Shown here piece after piece: positions 14,750 through 23,983 of a stretch of DNA of 64,000 bases. A model generated the notes under the pieces. The model did no database searches and was not told where the DNA came from. It saw nothing but the letters and a program-made list of their open reading frames with translations. Position numbers and translations under genes: made by a program. Source of the stretch: Marsupella aquatica (lineage: Eukaryota > Plantae > Marchantiophyta); NCBI GenBank assembly GCA_973895155.1, contig OZ316898.1:18487292-18551291 (forward strand), in the 5' to 3' direction. Numbering within the stretch: the first letter of the stretch is position 1; each line of letters starts with the position of its first letter.

Positions 14750-17352
14750 TCACTCCCGGAATCTTTCCTCACTTGACATGATATCCACATAAGGTTCAAA
14801 GTCCACCATCAGTCTATCATAATATGTCCTGTACTCCAGCAATGTAGGAGTAGAAATGTTATCCCACATTCTCTGCAAATCCTTTGTCTTCATGTAATTG
14901 TAAATAGCAATAGCTGGTGTCTTAGGATGGAATGTAATTGGATTCCCACCTTCAGGCCTCTCTGATTGCTCTAGAAAATCCAGCATGAAGAGCAAACAGT
15001 ACGCTGGTAGATTGCCACACTCAGCAATCAGCATTTCACTGTCAAACACTTCAAGATCACCGTACATTACCATCATCGACAGTATCTCACGAAAATACTC
15101 CGTAACGTGCCACATATTCAAAGAATCATGCTTTTGGATGAGGCTAGACCGGAAGCACCTAACTTGAATATGTACAAGGCTTCCCTTCTCTTGGCAAAAT
15201 AATAATGCCAGAACTCCTGCATAGGACTTTGGTATTGTTGAATAATTGAGCATGCCTCTACATATCTTGCTACTTCTTCTGCTGGTGTGGGTGCTCAAGG
15301 CAGGTGAATTGATAGACACGATGTGTGTCTGAGCCTCCGAATCTCTTATCCAGTAACTGTTGCCACCATATTTGCTTTTATTAATGGGAACAGTACAATT
15401 CTCACAGCCCTCTATGCAAATGTAATTGTCAGGGATGTGCTTATGAAGAAATGTCGTCTTCTCTCCTTCTGAGTCATCTTTGAGAAGACTCACCTCAGCT
15501 TCAGCTCCAGCCTCAGGGACATCCTCAGACACAAGGTCAAGGACATGCTTAGGGACATCCTGGGACATGCTCATCTAGAGCATCATCTTCATAAACATGT
15601 TCTTTTGTTGGTGTAGCATTGGGAAGACTCCCTTGTGGAACAACGTGAGAGATTATGTCTACCTCTACCTCTACCTCTGCCCATGCGTCATGTAGTGCTG
15701 TTAATTGTGGACGTGCCTCATGGACATCATTATTGTCCATGCATTGGTCCGGGAGAAATTGTGTGTCTACCTGTACCTGGACCTCTGCAACAGCCTCCGC
15801 GTCTGCAGTTGCCTCATGCACTGATGGAAACTCTGCCCCTCCAAGGTCATGGACAGGATTGTCCGTGCATTGCTCAGCCACATCACTATCTTGCACTGCC
15901 TCCACAATAATAGGACTAAGTTCTCTTATGGTAAAGCTGGGACCCGACTCACCATTATTGTCAATTTCCGCATCTCCAAGTACTGTGGCATGTATTTTAT
16001 TTGCATCCACCAGCTTCTGTACTTCATTCACTATTTCCTGAGGACAACAACCCAACATAACAACCAGGTCACTAATGATCTTCTTGTTGCCTTCTGCATC
16101 TACTGAACTTGGCGATTGTGAAGCAGACTGTACACTGGAAGTTGTTTCTGTGACATTAGTGGGATTTGGCCGGCGCCTTTTCCTTTTTATGCTCATGTCT
16201 GCCAACAGCTTCAAATTGTCATTCTCTGCCTCCAATATTGTAACTCTATCTCTTAAACTCTCCGCATCAGTGAATGGCCTTTGCATAGGAGAGTCCACTA
16301 GACCTGTTTTGTCAGGAATGGCATCTTCCATTTCCTATACTGGAACATCTACGTACTGGGGAACTTCGCCAGGAATGGCATCTTCCATTTCCTGTACTGG
16401 AATATCTATGTATTGGGGAACTTCGCCAGGAATGGCATCTTCCATCTCCTGTACTAGGGGACTTTGTCAGGAATGGCATCTTCCATTTCCTATATCAGAA
16501 CATCTGTGTACTGGGGGACTTCGTCAGAATTGGCTTCTGCCTGTAAATCATGATGTGGTTCATCACCTGTTTCGTCTTCCGACCCCTCATGACCGTGAGT
16601 GTCATCCTCTGAATCCAAATTAGAGTCACATATACCAGTAATGTCAAGGTTTGCAAATATACTTTGTCGTTCCTATTTTTCTTCTGGTAGGAGACAAGAC
16701 CCATGTACCAATACAATTGGCCTACATACACCTGGAGATAAGTAACATTGTTTTTGCCTAACTGTGCCAGCTGCGACCTTATTACTGCAGCCAAAATTAA
16801 TCCCCAATTAGTTTTCCTCTGTTGTGTCCATGATGCTACAATGGTGTTGGCCAAGCTACACATAACTTGGCTCGGCCTCATTGGATGGAAAATTGGAATG
16901 AGAAAGCGAAGCAGCATGTCAAGGTCACCGTTGTTGCAGTCACTGATCTTCCACCCATCCTTGGTCCCAGGTGGGACAGAGAAATACGCCTCAGAGCAAT
17001 GTTGGTGGCGCCTGAACATCCCCTCCCCCTCGGTTGAGATGTGGAATGCGTCTCCAACAAACTCATTTGTCCACTCGTCAGTTTGGCCTCTTACTGTACC
17101 CTCAAACCTGTCAGCAATAATGCCGTCAATGATTTCTGCCAGTAGCAAAGGTGCTACGACACCCCAGGGAACCATAAGTAATCCTTCCAGTCCCATGACG
17201 CGCAGCATGCTCTGCATACGTTTAAGACGACCCTCCACGGCAGGGAATCGAGGGGAAACTTCTCTCAATACCAAATCGTGGTTGTTTTTTGGACTTCCCA
17301 TTACGCCTGCCAAGGGGTACAGGATATAGGAAGTGTACACTATGCGTGCCAC
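14750..17352 (-). pseudogene. Long cargo ORF (~860 codons) broken by frameshifts and stops: N-terminal bryophyte repeat-associated domain, 19-aa acidic repeats, coiled coil, globular C-terminal domain
   Basis: Three abutting minus-strand ORFs (16495-17352, 15549-16331, 14750-15574) join through frame shifts. The alternative frame reads PEEK*ERQSIFANLD...EVPQYTDVLI*EMEDAIPD, with TAG stops at apparent CAG positions. Confidence 0.65.
16312..16530 (-). repeat. Coding tandem repeat, 57-bp unit (EMEDAIPGEVPQYVDVPVQ) x ~4, one unit shortened
   Basis: caggaatggcatcttccat(t/c)tcct.ta recurs at ~16313, ~16370, ~16427 and ~16468. Confidence 0.85.
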
Positions 17353-18203
17353 AGAACATACGATGAATGAAATTTGCTACAACAATGGTTCATGGAGTCC
17401 AAAATCCGGAAATAAACCAGGCAAAACAAGGATCAATGATGAGCGATTCCTCCTTCACAATCAACACTTCAAATCCAACAGGCGGGAAGGATGCTATGCA
17501 CAATGTGTGTTGTTCCCAAAGTACAGATGTTTACGTTCTACGTACCCATTTCAAATTTCGTAATTCCGGAATTACAAAATTCCGGCATTCCGGAAAGTTG
17601 GCACTTTGGAATGTATGTTTGGTGAAGACAGGGATATGGAAGTTTGTAGTAGTTTCATATTATTGATGTTTGGAGTAGTTTCATACTATTATTATTTTTG
17701 GGACAATCTAGTGATGAAGGGGTGAAGCAGCATTTGGGGTTTCTTTGGTTTGCATCATAATTTTCCTCATTATGTGACCTATGTGGTACATGTTTGTTGG
17801 TCATGTACGTATCCATATTCTGAGGGAATTTTTGTCAAGTCCTTTTCATTGAGACATGCACATGTTGGGAAATATATCCTAACTTTATTTAAACACATAT
17901 GTACACAGTCATAAGTGCCCACATATTCACAGTCGTTGAGTTGAGCGCATGGTGCCATGAAGGGAATGTAAAAAATAAATATAATGGAATATGGTTCACA
18001 CTTACAATAACAGGACTTCTCCATTCACAGTTATTCCTCCAACATTATTATTTGGCCTGCATGCTACCTACAATTCGACGGGAATTCTATACTTCCAACT
18101 CCTTCTCTTGACCTTCCTAGTTTAAGCAGGGTCATTGTGCCCTGATACACTTTACCTATGACAACATAGACATTTTCAAGCCTTTTACAGCAGGTGCTAA
18201 TAA

Positions 18204-19688
18204 TTAAGTGACATTTTGAGTACTCCCGACATAGAGACATCCACCCGGTTCTTTATGGAACTGCAATGCCCATTGCATGATGTTGTTTTGTAAGGTAACA
18301 CTCTGTGGTTGGGGTCGACCATGTCGAGGTCGAGGGTCTACTACGAAATCCACACCTTCATCTTCTGAGTCAACATTGTCAACTGTAATCTCCTCATCCT
18401 CATCAGTCCAGAGGTAGTTCCTATTAATGACAAAGTTGTGCAACCGTGCACACATTACAATCCACCTCACTAGAAAAAAGTTGTATGCTTTTGATTTCAA
18501 TTGGACTCGCATTTCTCTGAGTGAGTACCACCGTGATTTCAAGACACCAATGCAATGCTCATTTGTTACCCTGCACTTGGCCACACACATGTTGAAGTCT
18601 TCACGGTCTGAGTTGCATTCTGCCCTTTTGTATGAGCAAACCAGGTGTGGCATGGACGCATACCCACTGTCTCCGAGAAGGTATTGACCACGGCCAAAGA
18701 GAATGCCATCATTTTGTCTGCGAAACAATGAGGACTTCTTGTAGCATTGCAGGTCTGAACAAGAACCAAGGATACCTGTCATAGCACTGAAATAATGTCA
18801 ATCCCAGCAATGCAAAACCATGTACTCATGTGTAAAAGTAAAGAGACATATGAAGAAGACATTGACCAGTGTAAAGGAAAAGGATTTTCCTTCTGTGGTC
18901 GCAAATAACTTGTGTATTTTCAAGTACCGACACTTTCTATCGTAGTAGCACTCTCCAGAATCCTTTGGCCGTTGAGAAAGTGGAATGAGAGTCCCATCAA
19001 TAAGGCCCACACACCCTGGGAAGCCTCTCTTTGAAAACTCCTCTGATATCTTTCGTCTTTCAGTACGATCAGGCCATCTCAAGTGGTCCTTCAATGTAGT
19101 TTCCATGGCAGTAAAACAACGAGTTGTGAAATTACAGAGAGATCCTGTACTAACTCCCCAAGTTGGAATGAGACGATTTAGACAAGCTCCATTGCCTTCA
19201 TGTCCCAAACGATCCAAGGTAACAGCTAGCTGCCATTCCACTGGAGCCTGTTGATATGGTGAATCATTGACAAAAACTGGATGATCCTCAATTAGGTGTA
19301 CTAAAGCAAAGAAAGAGGCTTTGTCCATTCTGGTCATCTGCCTGAATAATCTTGGTGGAAGTTTATCAAAAAACTGCAAGACAAACTCCCGAGATTTGAT
19401 GGTGATAGTCTTATCAACAAAATATCTGGTGTTTTCCATTACACTGTACAACTCAAGCAGGTCATCTGAATTGCCCTCAAGGTCATACATGTATGTCATA
19501 GCCTCGGAGTCAGATGATGAATAAAAATCTTCGTCAGACATACAGTCTGTGGGTGTTGTAGCATCACTCCAATCGCCTTCACTCCCGGTATCTGGTTCTT
19601 CTTCACTAGAACTGTGCAATACTATATTTAACATCAACATGTCTTTCACAAGCCGCATTGCTCTTTGGCGATTAAATATTCGAGGCAT
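18204..19688 (-). pseudogene. Harbinger/HARBI1-type DDE transposase (DDE_Tnp_4 family), 2 exons, one frameshift
   Basis: Motifs FRQMTRM...F..LV.LIEDHPVF, QLAVTLDRLGHEGNG, GFPGCVGLIDGT, YLLGDSGY and RVTNEHCIGVLKSRW carry the D-D-E triad. GT-AG intron at 18776-18866. A frameshift near 18920 restores NTQVICDHRRKILFLYTG. Confidence 0.92.
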
Positions 19689-19944
19689 ATTTCTCCTTCA
19701 TGCACAAAAAATGGACATGAGAAATTCAGACAATAGAGGTAAAATTTATAGTCCATACATGTCGTTGCATCTAAACATTTATTACATGTGAAAAAACTCA
19801 GTTGGGAGGTACAAAATTCCGGAATACTGAACCCTACACTGCTAGGGTACGTATGGTACTATGAATGAGAAATGCAATGTGGGCTGCTATAGAAAAACTG
19901 ATGATGCACGACGTGGTAATAATGTGGGAATTGCACCACACATC

Positions 19945-20583
19945 CTAGTCATCCAAATCCTGTAGGTTTAGCGCTCTAACAAGGTTGTCAATTGCTTCTC
20001 TGACTAGCTTAACATGAGTTTTCCCTTGGCTCATGGAGGGTTTCTGTTGGGTACGACCAGAAGACTTTGGAGTACCGTGCCCAGGATTGGGTCTATGTAG
20101 AGCTACATGGGGACGAGCATCCATAAAACATAGATGCTCAACCTTTATTTCATATTCAGCAACCGACAGCCAGACTTTCACTCTCGGACATGGTTGAGTG
20201 AGAGCCAGGAGGTATTGAAGTTGTTCAATCTCGCCCTGGCCTGCAAATTCTTGGGGAGTGCACCCCATGAATATTGAGGCATCTTCCCACATCATGGCAC
20301 TCAATGGTGCCGACCCAGCATGGACAGCATCACAGATGCGGATATGGAATCTATAACTCATGCTAGGTGGCAGATCGTGGTCACACTTTGGACCGCGCTC
20401 AAGGGACTTCTTGCATGTCCCCCCAGTCTTCAGCCTTCCAAGGCATGATGCATACACAAATTTTCGTGGATATGGATTCTCAGCTTCAAAATTCACTACC
20501 CAGGCTAGGCATGGATCAAAAGATACATTTTGGCCACTGGCCCTACTCTCCTCCACCTCAGCAAGGGATGTCCAAAGACCCAT
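19945..20583 (-). CDS. Cargo protein resembling the RPA1/RPA70 C-terminal Zn-ribbon OB-fold (ssDNA-binding) domain
   Basis: Open 212-aa frame from ATG 20583. FVYASC-x8-CKK-x7-CDH, YRFHIRICD and MMWEDASIFMGCTPQEF match the RPA70 DBD-C pattern Y.AC..C.KK / Y.L...I.D / T.F...AE.LLG.SA.EL. A likely 5' intron spans ~20587-20698. Confidence 0.65.
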   Translation of the reverse strand: MGLWTSLAEVEESRASGQNVSFDPCLAWVVNFEAENPYPRKFVYASCLGRLKTGGTCKKSLERGPKCDHDLPPSMSYRFHIRICDAVHAGSAPLSAMMWEDASIFMGCTPQEFAGQGEIEQLQYLLALTQPCPRVKVWLSVAEYEIKVEHLCFMDARPHVALHRPNPGHGTPKSSGRTQQKPSMSQGKTHVKLVREAIDNLVRALNLQDLDD

Positions 20584-20794
20584 CTTCTGCAATCTACATA
20601 TAGGAAGAACTGATTCAGGAAGTAATAACAGAGTTGGAATATACTGTCAATTAACTTTTCAAAGATTTCAAGCTGAACAACAACTGAAAGCACTCACCTC
20701 GCTGCTATTGTTGGAGTGAAGAAGCTCAAAACTTGTGATGACGATGCAAGTTTGAAACCTGGACGGAAGCCATATAAACACATTTGATATGACA

Positions 20795-21100
20795 ATGATG
20801 ATTTTTTCTGAATTCCGGAAAAATTGCATACAAACGCAATCTGTATCGTAACCAAACAACTATCGCAACCCAACAACTCACTTTGTTGCTCGAAAGTAGA
20901 AGAGGTATAGCTCAAGCTTCTGTAATCCACGACGTGATGTCGATGCGCATGCTAATCCAATAACACAAGCCATACGACGACAACGTCAAGACGATGATTT
21001 TTCCGGAATCCCGACAAATCTGCATACAAGCACATTCTCAAGCAGAACCAAACAACTGACCTGTTGCTCAAAATTAGAAGAGATTCAGCTCTAAGCAAGG
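20795..21100 (+). repeat. Two diverged direct repeats ~200 bp apart inside the transposon, each carrying TTCCGGAA
   Basis: gatgatttt..ttccggaa...tgcatacaa...aaccaaacaact...tgttgctc.aaa.tagaagag starts at ~20797 and again at ~20993. Confidence 0.7.
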
Positions 21101-22349
21101 CAAGCTGCGACCATACACAAGCCGACAACATTTGTCACGACTTCATCAATCGGAAACTGTGAAATTTGCATACACACGAAACTTGAATTGCATCTGCAAA
21201 GACTTACTTATTGCTTGAAAAGATGGTGCTATCGATCTCGCGATGTGCAGGTTGGACCTCGCGGATTGCAAGTTTAGGCTCGCGAAATGCAGGTGCGCCA
21301 AATTCACCACTTCTCTGTTGCGATCACCATGGCTCAGTTTTCTCCTCTCCGTCTTCGATAAGAAAGAGAGCGAGTTCAAAGTTTGGAACTGGCTACCTCA
21401 CGACATTGGCACTACAGTCCAACAAAGGCACACAGTATTTGCGCCAATGTTAACGGACCGTGTTTAAGGTAATGACTAAAGGCAAAAGCCCATGGGGTTT
21501 CCTTACGGGAACCGAAGATAGGCTCCCGTAACATGTGGCTTACGGGAGGGCCATAATGAGTTACGGCCTGGGTTTGAGACGCCCTAATGAGCGCAACAAC
21601 CAGTCCATTTTTTTGGAAGCAGCCAATTCCCGGTAAGACAGCCATTTTTTGGAAATCGCTGAAAAGTCAAGGATGTTGTGTTAGTCTGATGTTGAGTTAG
21701 TCTCTAAAGGCCTGTAGTGTAGGTGCACACGATTGGAGAAGCGCCAAGGGTGTTTGAACACATTAATGAGAACCCTAGACATGGTTTGCAACTCTGTCGA
21801 ATATATCCCTCTTTGCTTTGTCCCTCAATTTTGCCAAAGTGTTGGGCGGACTCTAGCCTTTGTCTGTAGGAAGGAAATCCTGCTTGATGGACATTCGACT
21901 GGAACAACCAACCAAAACCGGCTGTTCCCGGTAAGACACCACCCTACAGGTCACTTGAGAAGCGCAAATGAAAACAGTGTTATGTGAGCAAAATATCTCG
22001 TTCACGTGTGTCCATCCAGGTTGTGTTTGTCTTTCCGGGATGACAAATATCCTGGCTTTAAGTTCTTGTTTTCATACATGGTTTCACTTTATTACATTGG
22101 TGACACCATATACAAATTTGTGACATATTTATGAATTAAAAATATTGAGATAATGGTTAAAATCGAATATCTCTAGTGACAGGAAAACCGAACATTTAGA
22201 GTTGTCAAAATGCTCCCATGTATGTTAGCAACACAAATGACCCAATTTTACTTACATTGTCACACTGAATATTCCTAAGTAGTACATCGGTGTGTCATAA
22301 GGAATATTCCCAAATAATATGATTTATGTCTATTTATGGGAGCAGAAAA

Positions 22350-22720
22350 TGATACTCCCATACACCACAACATTGACATTCTGAAACCCCCATGGACTAC
22401 ATTTCACAAAATGTGAGTTTAATTGTAGTAACTTGATGCTCATAAACTCAAATATTTTTTTTCTTTTGAGTATGTGATAAAGGAATAGGTATGCTACACT
22501 TTCATCAAATGAGAATGATATTTTGGCCCTTTTGGTTGAATTATTCATCATGGAATGTGGAGGGGTAAATTTGATTAGATTAATTTTCATTGTGTTCATA
22601 TGAAATATTAGGGTTTGTGTTCTCTTAAGTCTCCTCTTTCTCTAGTTGCCTTGCAGGTGGAAAACTAAAAATTATCTTAAAACTCTTAATGATCAAGTTA
22701 CAAACCCAAAACTCTAACGG
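22350..22720 (+). repeat. Dispersed AT-rich repeat family, with copies at ~31730-32030 and ~60960-61290
   Basis: ttgaatt.ttca.catggaatg.ggaggggtaaa.ttgattagatta.ttttcatt is shared with the 31.9 kb copy (more diverged at 61.1 kb). ttctctagttgccttgcaggtg is shared with the 61.2 kb copy. Confidence 0.7.
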
Positions 22721-23983
22721 ACCACTAGCATGGAGGTCCATCCAGGCTTCCCTTTTCAATGGGAGCATCCTTAGTGACAAATTAATTAACAGTTTTAATT
22801 ATTATATATATGGCAGTGTCAAAATACAAAAGAAACAGCCGGTCCCCATCCGCTCTCTGATCCCGTCATCGCCGTTCAAAACTCTTTCCCGTTCTCGACG
22901 GTCGCCGGTACGCCGTTGAGGGTTGCACGGGAAGAGAGGAAAAGCAAATCCAAGGTTTACTTTGTCGTCATCGGCACTGTAAAAGGCAGACAACACAAAA
23001 AGTAAAGGCAGTTCTGTCGAGCGCCTTTTGAGAGAGTGGAGTACTTCTCTGCACTCTGCGCACATCGATTTGGCGTGTGAGGAGATTCACCGTGTGCGGA
23101 AACAACAAACGGGCGGCCGTGTCCACCATTGCCTGCCAGCCAAAATCCAGCGAAACGGCAGAACCGACCGAGTCTGCCCTCCCCCTCTCTTGCCGAGTGA
23201 ATTGCGAGGACTGTCGTCCACTGAACCTCTTTTTAAAATCATCGCACGAGAATTCTCGCCAGTCTTTTCTTTCCTCTTCTTCTGCTGCTACTACCTACAT
23301 TCAGTCTGTCCCCTTCCTTCTTCCTCCTCCTCCGATGACAGCCCGACAAACAAGAGCGAGAGAGGGCTGAAATATAGCAGCTGGGCATCGAGAGAAACAG
23401 CCGCATCTGTGCGACGGAGTCCGCTGACCAGCGTACTGTGACTGATTTTATCAACGAGGAGGAACGATTCTGAGGCGAATGAGCTCGAGAGCCGAGTCTG
23501 GAAGAGGCTTAAAACTTCACTGGGAGAGGAACGGTGTTATTTTTTGCTACTGGATTGAGAGAATGGTCGGCGGAGGGCTGAGCAAGGAACGATGATCATA
23601 CCCGACGTTACTGAGAGTGGCTGCGGGGATGAATCGCCCCAAGTATGTCGAAGCAGAATCGCAATTTCTCAAGGTAACAAGCACGATTGACCCCCTTCAG
23701 TACCACAGCTGCGGTTGGGATTACGCGCAGCTGAATCCGGGCTCAGGAGTTGATTTCTGCAGCGCCACCGGCGGAGCGGTACTTCATCAGCAGGGGAAGG
23801 AGCTTGGATTGGAGTGTGGCAAATGTTAGCTTAGATTAGATTAGCCTAACTTAAGAAGAAGGACAAGTTTGACCGTGAAATATTGGGAAAGAGAGGATTT
23901 TTCTGTCACAAGGCGTTCCGAAGTGAGGGTTTTGGGTCGGGTGATAGAGACGAGGACGTGAAGAATTGTTGGAGGTGGGCAAG

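Larger units (their letters stand above)
12130..21585. mobile_element. Full-length 9456-bp PIF/Harbinger-superfamily (PHIS, Pangu-like) DNA transposon with two cargo genes
   Basis: TIRs agggcgtctcaaagccaagccataa versus the reverse complement of the right end agggcgtctcaaacccaggccgtaa (22/25 identical). TSD AAT at 12127-12129 and 21586-21588. Subterminal (TT)ACGGG repeats occur at both ends. It contains a Harbinger-type DDE transposase and a Myb/SANT-like gene. Confidence 0.95.
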
